This document shows positions 39,176 through 49,424 of a stretch of 64,000 nucleotides of DNA, piece by piece; within the stretch, counting starts at the first letter, position 1; each line of letters opens with the position of its first letter. Both the position numbers and the translations under genes were made by a program. The notes under the pieces were generated by a model, which searched no databases, was not told the origin of the DNA, and saw only the letters and a program-made list of their open reading frames with translations. This DNA comes from an uncultured bacterium (GTDB lineage Bacteria > JAGOEH01). The stretch covers positions 1 to 64,000 of the forward strand of contig CAZWDO010000003.1 of assembly GCA_964632485.1 (NCBI GenBank). The letters are read 5' to 3'.

Positions 39176-39970
39176 TTAATGTTTATCGTCGTTTTGAAAA
39201 AAAGGGATTAAGAGCGGGTACAAAGTTGACGCGCTGCAGATGATTGAATCCGGGAGATAGATATTGGGAGCTTTGCCTGCAAAATTGGTAGCGATCCCGC
39301 CGGCTTCCTGGACGATTAATATGCCTGCCAGATAATCCCAGGGACAAAGCCGGGCTTCCCAAAAAAAATCAAAATGACCGGCTGCGACATAAGCCATATC
39401 CAAAGCTGCTGAACCCATGCGGCGCAGTCCTTTTGTCAGTGGAAACGTTTTACGAAACATATCGATCCAGGCTGGCAAATGGTCCAGGTTCTTGAAAGGA
39501 AATCCGGTTGCGCCCAAAGCCTGGTTTAAAGAATTAATTGTTCGAACCCGGATAGGATGATTTTGAAAAAAGGCGCCCATTCCCCGCCAGGCGAAGTATT
39601 CTTCCTGTAAAACCGGATGGTAGATATATCCGGCTAAAGGTTGGCCCTTTTCCAGCAACGCAATGGAAATCGCAAAGTGGGGGATTCCATGGATAAAGTT
39701 CGTGGTTCCGTCCAATGGATCGATCACCCATAAGTATTCCCCGGTGTTTCCGCTAGGGCCGCTTTCCTCTGCCAGGATGGCGTGATCCGGAAAATGGGCG
39801 CGGATCATTTCAACAATACGAAGTTCACTGCCCTTATCCACAAAGGTTACGTAATCATTTTGCTGTTTCTCGTTAACATCGCTGGAGGAGAGTTGCTGAA
39901 AATGCGTCATTATAAAATGACTCGCATCGGCTGCTGCCGCTTTGCACAATTCATAGCATTCCTGATACAT
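39176..39970 (-). CDS. suhB: Inositol monophosphatase family protein
   Basis: LAEESG, WVIDPLDGTTNF, RRMGSAALD, WDYLAG; GGAGG SD before ATG 39970. Confidence 0.88.
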   Translation of the reverse strand: MYQECYELCKAAAADASHFIMTHFQQLSSSDVNEKQQNDYVTFVDKGSELRIVEMIRAHFPDHAILAEESGPSGNTGEYLWVIDPLDGTTNFIHGIPHFAISIALLEKGQPLAGYIYHPVLQEEYFAWRGMGAFFQNHPIRVRTINSLNQALGATGFPFKNLDHLPAWIDMFRKTFPLTKGLRRMGSAALDMAYVAAGHFDFFWEARLCPWDYLAGILIVQEAGGIATNFAGKAPNIYLPDSIICSASTLYPLLIPFFQNDDKH

Positions 39971-39989
39971 AACAATCCTCCTTTTAAAT

Positions 39990-42900
39990 TTAATACTCAA
40001 AGCGCAGTCGTATTCCCATTTTATAATATCCATCGGTTTTTTTTTGACCGATAAGCGATAAATTATTGTTAATCAAATATTCAAGCGAAATAGCGGTCTG
40101 TCCGACTAATCCCATTTGACCGCTATAGGAGATATAGAGCTGAGGGGTGATATATTTTCCAATGGTCAAATTGGAAAATTTTAAGCGTTCCACCATGGAT
40201 TCAGCGCCGCTGGACACGGTGGGATCGGTGGAATTAAATTCCAATTGATCGAGTCCCAGGTAGTTGCGCGCACGCAGGCTTAATTGACGGGCCAACATAC
40301 CGGTGATAGCTTGTCCTGCTTCCTGGTTGAGTGATCCCGATTTGCGGCCATCTACCGAGCCGGAAAAAAAGAAGGCAAAGATTTCTTCCTGGGAGAGAGT
40401 TGTGGGTGAGCTGGTGAATAGGAACTCCGGTTTCGTCAAGGTTCCACCCAAATGCAACTGGATGGTCAGATTTCGCAGGCTAGTATACGCATCTACATCC
40501 AGCGCGGGATCGATTACTTCTCCTTTACTAAAAAAAAGTTCGCCTTTTGTAATTATAAAAGTATAGCCGTAGAGAAAAATTTGGCCTCTTTTAGCATTCA
40601 GACTGCCATATACCTCTGGAAAAGGCGCCGGGCGCTCCAGCCAAATGCGGATTTCTCCGCCTGTCTCAACATTCATTAATGTGTTTTTAACCCAAATATT
40701 TCCAGGCATTTGGAGGATCAAATTATAAAAAAAACGGGTAGAATCTTCTGGCGGAAGGGATTTATTCCCGAATTCATCGGTCAGGTTGAATTCGTGGATG
40801 CGAATGGATCCAGTCAGATAGGGTAGGTGGCGCAAGTGAGTAACATGTAAATCGGCATCCATCATGACATCGCTTTTTATGGGTAAGTAGGCAAAATACA
40901 AATTGCGTCCCGTGAAATCGAGATTGTAAAGTGAATCTTGGGGGGAAAGCCATCCCTTCAGGGAAAAATTTCGCGCCACAGATTTGAGCGGAAAAAACCA
41001 GCGCCAGGGGTTCCATTGGTTGGCTTTTTTTTGTTCCACGGTTTTCCCGCTGAGCGAATCGACCCAAATCGTGTCAAGATTGAAGCGTAGCGCGGCATGG
41101 ATATTTTGCAGCGGGGTTTCTAAGAAATTGAAGAAAAGATCGGTAGAATCCAGATGGAGCCGACCCGCGATGAGCGGTTGTTGCAAAGAACCGTCAATGC
41201 TCAGTTCTCCTTGATAATGGCCGGTTAACAGGTATAATTGAGGTAAATAGGCGGCAATGAAATATGGAATATCTCCTCCGCCCGTCAATTTTATTTCCAT
41301 GTCCCTTCCATTAAGACGGGTGTCGATCCATCCCCTCCCTTGCCAAGAATGTTCAAAACTTGATAACCGGATGTCCATCAGCTCCATGTTGTGATTGAGC
41401 CAGTTTAGCGCGAGTGACAGCGTGTCGAATTCAATTTGATCTAATTGAATGCGGGTGAGGGAGATGGAGGCGGAACCAGAAAAGGATCCAGCGCTATCGA
41501 TACTCATCGTCGCGGCAAAATTGCAATTAGCGTTAAAATCACTCCATTTACCGGTTGGAAGAAAAAATTCCCGCAAGCTATCTATGGTAAAATTTTCACC
41601 GACCATTTGCAAATGGCCTTCACCCCGGGTAAGATGATAACTGGCCTGTATAAGTATTTGTTCATTCTCCCGTTTGATTCCGATTTCCGGCGCGTCTATC
41701 CATCCTCCGGGTTCGATGGTCGTAATATAGGGGGCATCCACACGTAGCCTTGAATTACGGATAAACAGGAAACTACTATCTAATTGAAGTTGGTATGGAA
41801 TTTGATTTAATGCTAAAGATCCATTCCATTCACTGACGATATCGTAGGGTAAAGCAACAATTATCGGATTAAAGATTATATGGCGGGGGTTTTCAATTCG
41901 TACAAGAGCATGCGCCCTGGGAAAAATAATCTCGTTTTTCCATAAGACGCGAGTCACCGAGAAGAGGGCTCTTCCCTGGGTTAGGTTTTCGGTATCTACT
42001 GTATCAGCAATGACCCAGATTGAATCGAAAGATAGAGAATCAATGGCGCATTTTTTGATAAATCCGTCAATCGAGAAAAGGGGAGTTTGCTTATCTTTAT
42101 TTCGTTCGTAGGAAATTTCCATTTGAGCGTTTTCCACCTCAACCCTTTTTTTTTCGATTGTTTCCAGGAATTGATCGATTGAGCAGTCGAGTTGAATTTT
42201 GAAAGTCGTATCCGTGAGATTCAGAAGCGCCTCACCATTGTAATTGCACCCATTAATTGAGCCCACCCAGTCGGATGTTTGCAAGTTTTTGCGTTCAATG
42301 GTAAAATTCAATTCATTGTTCCAGTTTATATTAATGCCGCGCCATTCACCCAGCAATTTTTGGCTCCAGTTAACTTTTTTGCAGGAAACGGTCATCCAGT
42401 TCAAATCGTTTGCAATTATTGATCCAGTCCCGCTGATGCGGGAGATTCCATATTGGCCTTCAGGCAGGAGCCGCAATGAATAATTTATTTCCCCATTAAA
42501 GAGAAAATTATTTAAATCGATGCTGCCCCGGGTGAGTTGGCATTCATTTTTATTCCAGGCAATCAACAGTGAGTCAAAGCGAACAGTTGCCGCAGAGGGC
42601 AAGTATTCAATTCTATGCCAATGGGTGTTTACCAGTGTGTTATCAACGTTCCCAACACTGAGAAATCCGTTTTCAAGGATAATGTTTTGGCGATCAATTA
42701 AAAATTCACTCTTAATGAGTCCTGAGTCGATTTCGATCCACGGCGGAAAACTTTTTTTAATTGAATCCGGCAGCCAACGGGCGAGTTGCCCTTCATTTAA
42801 TGTAAACTGGCCTTTTCCAAGATAGTTGGAAAAATTAAAAACGCCCTCAGTTTTGAGTGAAAGAGAGTGAACGTCGCCAGCGGCCAATCGCCAAACTAAG

Positions 42901-43541
42901 GTGTGAGGATCAAGTTGTATGAAAGAGAGTTGCGCATTGAAGGCCGTTGCCGGTAGTTTTTCCAGATGAAGCCCGTCAACCGTCAAATCGGCATGGATTG
43001 AGTCGCTGGAACATTCCACGAATGCAAGAAGGGCCAGGGTAACGGGTTTATTTTTCCAGCGTTCGATTTGCAATTCTTTGATGCGGATGCGCCCTAAAGC
43101 CAGGCGTTTCCATTGAGGAAATTGAAATTCAGCCGCTGTAGCCTTTTCCTGTCCGCTATTCAGGGTATCCCAAAGCGCAATGATGGCGGAATAATCCGCC
43201 ATGGCATGTTCGATGGTCAGGGAGAGGTAATTGCAACTGGTATCCTGAAAAATTGTGATATGGTCGAGTTTTAGCAGTTTTTTCCCTGCGTTTGCGATCG
43301 TGATATAATTTAAATGATAGAGTTTGGACTTATATTGCCATTCTCCGGCGCCTTCAATGGATAATTCAGCGCCGGGGACAGGGGTCCAATTAAACTGAAA
43401 CTGATGCTGGCTGAAATGGAAATAGAGGAAGAGGACGATTAAGAGCAATTTAATCAGATAAAAAAAAACCAACCCACCGATGAGGATGAGTTGGCCGTTG
43501 ATTTTAGTTAGAATGAGCAATAATCGGGAGATTTTTCCCAT
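39990..43541 (-). CDS. tamB: Translocation/assembly module TamB-like protein (C-terminal DUF490)
   Basis: N-terminal TM, long beta-rich body, C-terminal DPALDV...GGTLTKP...SSP..SQEEI...TIGKYITPQLYISY. Confidence 0.78.
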   Translation of the reverse strand: MGKISRLLLILTKINGQLILIGGLVFFYLIKLLLIVLFLYFHFSQHQFQFNWTPVPGAELSIEGAGEWQYKSKLYHLNYITIANAGKKLLKLDHITIFQDTSCNYLSLTIEHAMADYSAIIALWDTLNSGQEKATAAEFQFPQWKRLALGRIRIKELQIERWKNKPVTLALLAFVECSSDSIHADLTVDGLHLEKLPATAFNAQLSFIQLDPHTLVWRLAAGDVHSLSLKTEGVFNFSNYLGKGQFTLNEGQLARWLPDSIKKSFPPWIEIDSGLIKSEFLIDRQNIILENGFLSVGNVDNTLVNTHWHRIEYLPSAATVRFDSLLIAWNKNECQLTRGSIDLNNFLFNGEINYSLRLLPEGQYGISRISGTGSIIANDLNWMTVSCKKVNWSQKLLGEWRGININWNNELNFTIERKNLQTSDWVGSINGCNYNGEALLNLTDTTFKIQLDCSIDQFLETIEKKRVEVENAQMEISYERNKDKQTPLFSIDGFIKKCAIDSLSFDSIWVIADTVDTENLTQGRALFSVTRVLWKNEIIFPRAHALVRIENPRHIIFNPIIVALPYDIVSEWNGSLALNQIPYQLQLDSSFLFIRNSRLRVDAPYITTIEPGGWIDAPEIGIKRENEQILIQASYHLTRGEGHLQMVGENFTIDSLREFFLPTGKWSDFNANCNFAATMSIDSAGSFSGSASISLTRIQLDQIEFDTLSLALNWLNHNMELMDIRLSSFEHSWQGRGWIDTRLNGRDMEIKLTGGGDIPYFIAAYLPQLYLLTGHYQGELSIDGSLQQPLIAGRLHLDSTDLFFNFLETPLQNIHAALRFNLDTIWVDSLSGKTVEQKKANQWNPWRWFFPLKSVARNFSLKGWLSPQDSLYNLDFTGRNLYFAYLPIKSDVMMDADLHVTHLRHLPYLTGSIRIHEFNLTDEFGNKSLPPEDSTRFFYNLILQMPGNIWVKNTLMNVETGGEIRIWLERPAPFPEVYGSLNAKRGQIFLYGYTFIITKGELFFSKGEVIDPALDVDAYTSLRNLTIQLHLGGTLTKPEFLFTSSPTTLSQEEIFAFFFSGSVDGRKSGSLNQEAGQAITGMLARQLSLRARNYLGLDQLEFNSTDPTVSSGAESMVERLKFSNLTIGKYITPQLYISYSGQMGLVGQTAISLEYLINNNLSLIGQKKTDGYYKMGIRLRFEY

Positions 43542-43545
43542 GATC

Positions 43546-44163
43546 TTAAAATTTTAACTGGAAAGCCACCTGGTAAGATTGGTTCCCAATCGAGGATTGA
43601 ATGGCAATATTCTGTTGGGATCGGAAAATTCGCATGGCATCAATCGCGCCGACCAGATGGTTTAGTATCACTCCGGCAATCATAAAGGAAGCGTTATTAT
43701 AAGCGCTTTCGCTGTGGTTGCGCAGCTTTTCGTAATGTCGCCGATGTTCGTCCGTTTCCCATTGCCAATAATCGAGCCATTCATCGGCATAAGGCTCATT
43801 GGCGGCAACCAGGTCATGGTCGTAAACGCTCATGTAGAATTTCAAATCGCGAAAAAAGGCATCATTTTTAGTTTCGGGATTACGGATTCCGGCATGTTCA
43901 ACGGCGTAGATGCGATAGGCTTCTTTTTCCCAATCTCCGGTTTTTTTTAATCCCCAATATCCGATCAGCAGGGCGATATCATTTAGCAAATAGACCCGCG
44001 CCCGTTGGGGACGGTTCAGTTCCCGCATTCCCCAGGCGGGGCAAACAATGGAATGGAAAAGAACTTTTTTCGGGGTGAGAAGCGGCGTCGCTTTTGGCTG
44101 GGCGTTGATAACCATGCATCCAGCCAGAGTGATTAACAATAAATAGCGCATAGAGTACCTCAA
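43546..44163 (-). CDS. Hypothetical membrane/exported protein (DUF5683-like)
   Basis: SIVCPAWG and LNHLVGAIDA motifs; paralogous to its neighbour; terminal Phe. Confidence 0.55.
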   Translation of the reverse strand: MRYSMRYLLLITLAGCMVINAQPKATPLLTPKKVLFHSIVCPAWGMRELNRPQRARVYLLNDIALLIGYWGLKKTGDWEKEAYRIYAVEHAGIRNPETKNDAFFRDLKFYMSVYDHDLVAANEPYADEWLDYWQWETDEHRRHYEKLRNHSESAYNNASFMIAGVILNHLVGAIDAMRIFRSQQNIAIQSSIGNQSYQVAFQLKF

Positions 44164-45143
44164 AATTTTGCGGTAAACATCAGGGTGGGATTCATGCGAT
44201 AGGAAGTTAAGTCGGGTTGGAATGCGAATTGAAACCCGCTCTCCTTCAGCCCGGTTGCCTTTTCCACCTGCTTGTCCATGCGAGTTGCTTTCCAGGCCGC
44301 CTGAATGGCGCTGCCTATATGATTGAGGGCAACTGCGGCCAGCATGTATCCGGCTTTTTTGAACATCGCGTTACTTTCGTCCCGCATTTTCATATAGGTT
44401 TGAGCGTTCTCCGACCAGTATTCATTAATATTGATATCCATGCGAATACTATCTTCCAAGTTATATACTTCGCCACCTGTTAAATATCCGATAAATTTCG
44501 CTGAGTCAATGATGCAGGGTTTGCCGTCATCCCAGCCGACATAAAATTGGCGGTACTTGCCGATCATTTCGTAATATTGCTGGCTTTTGAAACCTTCCTC
44601 ATCCCAGTCATGGGTAAACTGTGGCGGCAGGGAGTCTTCATCGAGGCGATTCACATAAGCCCAAAGGGGTTTGTAGTTTCGGACCCAGTTTTCATACACA
44701 TCGGGCCGATAATGGAGATCGGCAAACGCCTTGAATTCATCTTCCTTGTCATTTCCCTGTTGGTTGTAATCCATATAGAGGAAAATAGTAGCCGCTTCAA
44801 TACCGACAAAAGCGGCGGTAAAGAGATAATCATGGTTGGAGAATTGTCCCCATCCCGGAATCAGGGCAGATTGGAAGAACCGTTTTTTCGGGGTGGTCAT
44901 GCCGCGATTTTCCAAGGGTTGAATGACTTCCTCCGTTACCGCCGGCAGGATTTCGGACGGAGTATTCATGGTGGCGCTATCATCAACTATCGGGGCATTT
45001 GCTGGAATGCCGGTGGAATCATTTTGCGCTAAAACCATTTCGGGATGAGCGAACAGTAGGTGATTGTAGGAAAAATTAATTTGCGCCTGCGCGCTAAGTG
45101 TCAGGATCATCAGGAGAAGTCCCGACATGAAAGTACGATACAT
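44160..45143 (-). CDS. Hypothetical membrane/exported protein (DUF5683-like)
   Basis: SALIPGWGQ, QQYYEMIGKYRQF, LNHIGSAIQA; terminal Phe. Confidence 0.6.
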   Translation of the reverse strand: MYRTFMSGLLLMILTLSAQAQINFSYNHLLFAHPEMVLAQNDSTGIPANAPIVDDSATMNTPSEILPAVTEEVIQPLENRGMTTPKKRFFQSALIPGWGQFSNHDYLFTAAFVGIEAATIFLYMDYNQQGNDKEDEFKAFADLHYRPDVYENWVRNYKPLWAYVNRLDEDSLPPQFTHDWDEEGFKSQQYYEMIGKYRQFYVGWDDGKPCIIDSAKFIGYLTGGEVYNLEDSIRMDININEYWSENAQTYMKMRDESNAMFKKAGYMLAAVALNHIGSAIQAAWKATRMDKQVEKATGLKESGFQFAFQPDLTSYRMNPTLMFTAKF

Positions 45144-45164
45144 AAAACCGCCTCCGTTAAGTGT

Positions 45165-48100
45165 TTATTTTATAACAGCCATTTTAAACCAGGTTTTAAA
45201 CTCTTTACCTTCCCAGACTGCTTTTAGCAATCCCAGATAAAGATCGCTCTCCAAGGATGAAACATCAATCGGAACAATGTTTTCCGTCATCGGGTAGGAT
45301 GAGCCGGCTAAGGGACCGATCATTTTTTTCCCGCTGACATCATAAATAGTGATGTTAATTTCCGCCGGTTGATAAAGATAATAATAGATAGAGGTCATCG
45401 AGCCGTTTACGGGATTGGGAAAATTATGCGCTGTGGATAGTTCGAACACTTTTTCCGAGGGAATAGCGGCTGTGTCGATGGGTATCCCGTCCGGATTTTG
45501 GAAAATATGCTCAAAATTATACCCGGCCATCGGCCAGCCAATCCGATCAGCGGTTAACTCAGAGGGATAGACCGCAACCGTTCCCATATTAGTGACCGTT
45601 GTCAGAGCGAAATCACCGCTGCCGGCGGGGGTAGAAACCAGCTTGAGCCATTGCGGGGATTCGGTAATAGTTCCCTCAATGGATAGGGAGAGTTCATTAT
45701 GAAAATCGCCGTTCCCGTCAATGACCCATAGACGATGGTCCGGTGTGGCCCAGAGAATGGATTGTTTGCCGGTCTCTTCCATATCCGCCAACACTGGGCT
45801 GGCAACAGCTTGATCATAGGGTTCGGTTCGTTTGGCGGTAAATGGGAAGTTGCTGACAAGGGTTCCGTTATAATTAATGGCATAGAGGGCCTGGTTTGTC
45901 GCGACAATCAGTTCTGGAGTCGGGTCGTCGTCGATATTGCCCAGTACGGGATGGGTTGTGATGGGGCCATTATCGAGTTGGACTGGGAACCCGTCACAAT
46001 AGTACCCCTGGTCATCGAGCGTATGGAGAGCGCCGCACTGATCGAGCGCAATCAGTTCTTCCCGTTGGTCGCCATTGAAATCCGCGAGAATGGGCTGTCC
46101 CTGGGGCAGGCATTGCCCGGCCAGTGGCCAATTGCGGATTTCTCCATCGCCCAGGGGGTCCAGGAGTAAGACCCGGCCATATTCCGTCAGCGCTACCAGG
46201 CCCCACTCCCTTTGCGGGGAATAGGTCAATCCGGTGATTTTTCCCCACCCGGTATTCCAGACAATGGCTGTATCTAAGTTAACAAGCCAGATTTCGTCAT
46301 TGCCGGGTGAAAAAAAGAGGGAATTGAGGGAATCCTCGGGGTTAAGTTTAACCAGGATTCCCGGGCCTTGATTGAAAGTATCATCTGTTTCCAGCGCGGA
46401 TGTTTTTGACATTCGCGGCGAAGAGTCCGGCTTCCCGGTCATACGGAACAGATTACAGGTACGATCGGATTCACTATTCATATTATAAGCAACCACTTCA
46501 CCGGACCGATAGTAGATCAGTTGATCCTGCCGGGGATCGCTTAATTTACCCATAAGGGGCAATTCCTGGCAGGAAATCGCGAATAAAAATCCTTGCGAAT
46601 CGGGATATTGCGTGGGATCCCATTGATGGTAGGTTTGCAGTATACCCCGCGCGAGTTGGTGGATACCATATAAATTACCCGCTTGGTCGAGCGCCAGAAA
46701 ATCATTGAGCGTATCGGCGCTTTGCGGAAAAGGGAATAGAGCGCGTAGGGGAGCGCTGACACCCAAATTCAGAGTCGAGGTTGGAAACCATTTTTCCCAC
46801 GATAGAGTAAAATTCATAGCGGGCCCGCTGGCTGAAATATTCATCACGTGGAGGCCGGAACTAATTCCGCTATAGGAGTTAGAATTGGGTTGAGTCGAGG
46901 GTCCGAAATGCGGGTTGTTGTCCGCTGAAAAAAAGTCAAATTCTGTTCCCAGTTCATTGATAAAAATGCCGATATCATGGGATCCGTCGGCTTCTTCTAC
47001 AGACAGGAAGGGGTGGGCGGGGTCTAATTGCAATGTATTGGCTTGCCAGTTATTTGGAATTTCGTCTTCGGTAATGTAGTCCAATTCTGCCACGGATTCA
47101 TCCACATGCCAGATCAGCATGCCGGAACCGGGCAGCAGATAATCATAGACCGGGAGGAAATTTTTATCTAAATCAACGGGTCCGGCAATAACTCCGTCTT
47201 TGAGCCAAATAGCGATATCACGTTCGCTGGGGTTTTGTTGCCGGTTTTCCACTAAAAAATACTCGTTTGCGGTTATCGGTATCCGATAGATTTTCCCGGG
47301 GGACTGGTAAATTTCGCAGGCATTGACAGTGACATTTTCAGCGGGTTGGTTGAGGGTGATAACGTCATTGAATCCGGCAAAGGCGCGATGGAACGGGTCG
47401 GGGTAGCAGGGCAACAGTCCATGTACGAACATATCGCCCAATTGCGCGGTCAGGAGATTGCCGGCATCCATGAGGCTGAAGTTTCCGACGACGGGACGAA
47501 AATCGACAGTTGAATAGATATCGACAAATCCCAACTGATGGCCAAATTCATGCGCCAGCACACCGTTGATCACGCCAATGCGGCCATCCTGGCTGGTTGT
47601 TTCCGGAATCAGCATCACACTGGCGACATGGTTGGCTCCATTATCAACTGGAACCGGTGTCCCGAGAAAAATGTTGGCTGAGGGCAGATCGTCGGGACTA
47701 TTCCCCAAGCCGGCCATATCCGACTGCCAATCGGACCCGGCATGAAAGAGAATAACCACATCCCATTGTGAAAAATCAAGTTCCGGGTCGGTCGAATCAG
47801 CCATTAAAACGGCATCGTAAACAAACTGGGCGAGGCTTTCATTCCAACTTGAATAGGGGCCATTCTGGCCATAGCGCTGCATCGTCCAGGCCAGACGATA
47901 TGCCTGGTTCTCAATTTTGGGATAGACTTGATATGAGAGTTCCAGCCGTCCATCGCTAACCGCCCGGTAATAACGGTCCAGGGCGTCGAGATGTTTTTCA
48001 AAATAGTGGCGATTATGAGGGGTCCGGTCAAATTCGTGTCCTTCTTCGTAAAGGAATTGCGTGGTATCGCGTAAATCAAACAATCCATTGCCGGTAGAAG

Positions 48101-48395
48101 CGTCTTCACAGTCCGCTTGAAATTCAATACGCAACGCCAATACCTTCAACTGCCGGATTGCGGGTGTTCCCCTGGGTAATCCCCATTGGGTTTGGCGCGC
48201 GATTTCCGGCAAACCCGCCTTGGGGTTGGCTGTTTGGTGGAAGGAGGCAAATCCGCTTTTTCGCGCAAGGGGGTGGGGGCCTTCAATCGGTTGGGTTTCA
48301 AGCGTTAGCGGGTGTTTAAGCGGGAATAGGCGGTCACCGCTAAGCGGATAATATCCGATTAAAATGCTGAGTAGTATTAATAAGCAGTTTTTCAT
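45165..48395 (-). CDS. M6-family (immune inhibitor A-like) metalloprotease with FG-GAP/VCBS repeats and a T9SS CTD
   Basis: HEFGHQLGFVD, Met-turn SLMDAG, EYFLVENRQ, GMLIWHVDE; ADFNGD repeats; NFPNP CTD. Confidence 0.85.
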   Translation of the reverse strand: MKNCLLILLSILIGYYPLSGDRLFPLKHPLTLETQPIEGPHPLARKSGFASFHQTANPKAGLPEIARQTQWGLPRGTPAIRQLKVLALRIEFQADCEDASTGNGLFDLRDTTQFLYEEGHEFDRTPHNRHYFEKHLDALDRYYRAVSDGRLELSYQVYPKIENQAYRLAWTMQRYGQNGPYSSWNESLAQFVYDAVLMADSTDPELDFSQWDVVILFHAGSDWQSDMAGLGNSPDDLPSANIFLGTPVPVDNGANHVASVMLIPETTSQDGRIGVINGVLAHEFGHQLGFVDIYSTVDFRPVVGNFSLMDAGNLLTAQLGDMFVHGLLPCYPDPFHRAFAGFNDVITLNQPAENVTVNACEIYQSPGKIYRIPITANEYFLVENRQQNPSERDIAIWLKDGVIAGPVDLDKNFLPVYDYLLPGSGMLIWHVDESVAELDYITEDEIPNNWQANTLQLDPAHPFLSVEEADGSHDIGIFINELGTEFDFFSADNNPHFGPSTQPNSNSYSGISSGLHVMNISASGPAMNFTLSWEKWFPTSTLNLGVSAPLRALFPFPQSADTLNDFLALDQAGNLYGIHQLARGILQTYHQWDPTQYPDSQGFLFAISCQELPLMGKLSDPRQDQLIYYRSGEVVAYNMNSESDRTCNLFRMTGKPDSSPRMSKTSALETDDTFNQGPGILVKLNPEDSLNSLFFSPGNDEIWLVNLDTAIVWNTGWGKITGLTYSPQREWGLVALTEYGRVLLLDPLGDGEIRNWPLAGQCLPQGQPILADFNGDQREELIALDQCGALHTLDDQGYYCDGFPVQLDNGPITTHPVLGNIDDDPTPELIVATNQALYAINYNGTLVSNFPFTAKRTEPYDQAVASPVLADMEETGKQSILWATPDHRLWVIDGNGDFHNELSLSIEGTITESPQWLKLVSTPAGSGDFALTTVTNMGTVAVYPSELTADRIGWPMAGYNFEHIFQNPDGIPIDTAAIPSEKVFELSTAHNFPNPVNGSMTSIYYYLYQPAEINITIYDVSGKKMIGPLAGSSYPMTENIVPIDVSSLESDLYLGLLKAVWEGKEFKTWFKMAVIK

Positions 48396-48409
48396 TACTC
48401 AAAACCCGG

Positions 48410-49411
48410 TCAGATGCGGAACAGGAGTGAGAAAAGCATCTGGTTTTCCAGGGGGTGTCCGGTGTCGCCTTTAAAATAGCCGAAATCGAACTGGAATTTT
48501 TCCCACAAAATGCTGGCGCCGAAGGTGGGCGCTTTAACTTCGCCATCCTTGTCGTAGTAGTATCCGGCGCGGAGTCCGATGGCCTTGGCGTACCAGTATT
48601 CAGCTCCGCCGCAATAAATTAAGGAGCTGAATTTGTCTTTAAGGTCTTCTCTGGACACTCCGACCATATCAATATCTAAGTCCATAGTAGCGGTTACCTG
48701 GTTGTATTCTTTGTTAATGATTTTATAAGCGGTGCCGATTTTTAAAACGCGTGGGAGAGGATCTGCTTGAGCGGCGTCAATATAGGCCATTTTTGGCCCG
48801 ACATTGGCGATGGAAGCACCCACTTTCCATTCCGGTTTGAACGGCATGGTGTAGAGGATCCCGGCATCTACGGCAAACGATTTGCCAACGCCCGAACCGA
48901 CTTCCTGGCCAGCGCCTGCGGATGCGAGGTGCGAATGGATATATTTAAATGTTCCTCCCACGGCCAGGTAATCTCCGAGATAGGTTCCATAGGATAAAGA
49001 GAGCGCGAATTCATAACTGGAAAAGGAACCTTGGGGAGTTCCGTCTTCGCCAACTCGGTCCTGGGTGCCCAGGAACATGAAGGTTAAATGGGCGGCCACA
49101 TGCCCGATATCCTTGATGTTTCTTCCCCAGGCGAAATAGGAAAAGTGCATATCATCCACAAACTGGCGCATCCAGGGCGCGTACATCAGCATGGCCTGAT
49201 CTTTCTGGATGTTGACGAGTCCGGCCGGATTGAAGTATGCCGAGCCAATATCGTCGGCCATAGCTGCATACGCCCGTCCTAATCCCCATGAACGCGCATT
49301 GGGTGGAATCCGTAAGAATAATACGGTTGCCCGGCTGATATCCCGGGCTTCGGCGATACTATTAAAAATGGTTAGTACCAATAACAGCAAAAAGATGTTG
49401 GTGCGTTTCAT
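48410..49411 (-). CDS. porV: PorV/PorQ-family T9SS outer-membrane shuttle
   Basis: FLRIPPNARSWGLG...YFNPAGL N-terminus; HPLENQMLFSL C-terminus; directly after porU. Confidence 0.85.
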   Translation of the reverse strand: MKRTNIFLLLLVLTIFNSIAEARDISRATVLFLRIPPNARSWGLGRAYAAMADDIGSAYFNPAGLVNIQKDQAMLMYAPWMRQFVDDMHFSYFAWGRNIKDIGHVAAHLTFMFLGTQDRVGEDGTPQGSFSSYEFALSLSYGTYLGDYLAVGGTFKYIHSHLASAGAGQEVGSGVGKSFAVDAGILYTMPFKPEWKVGASIANVGPKMAYIDAAQADPLPRVLKIGTAYKIINKEYNQVTATMDLDIDMVGVSREDLKDKFSSLIYCGGAEYWYAKAIGLRAGYYYDKDGEVKAPTFGASILWEKFQFDFGYFKGDTGHPLENQMLFSLLFRI

Positions 49412-49424
49412 TGAATATACTCCT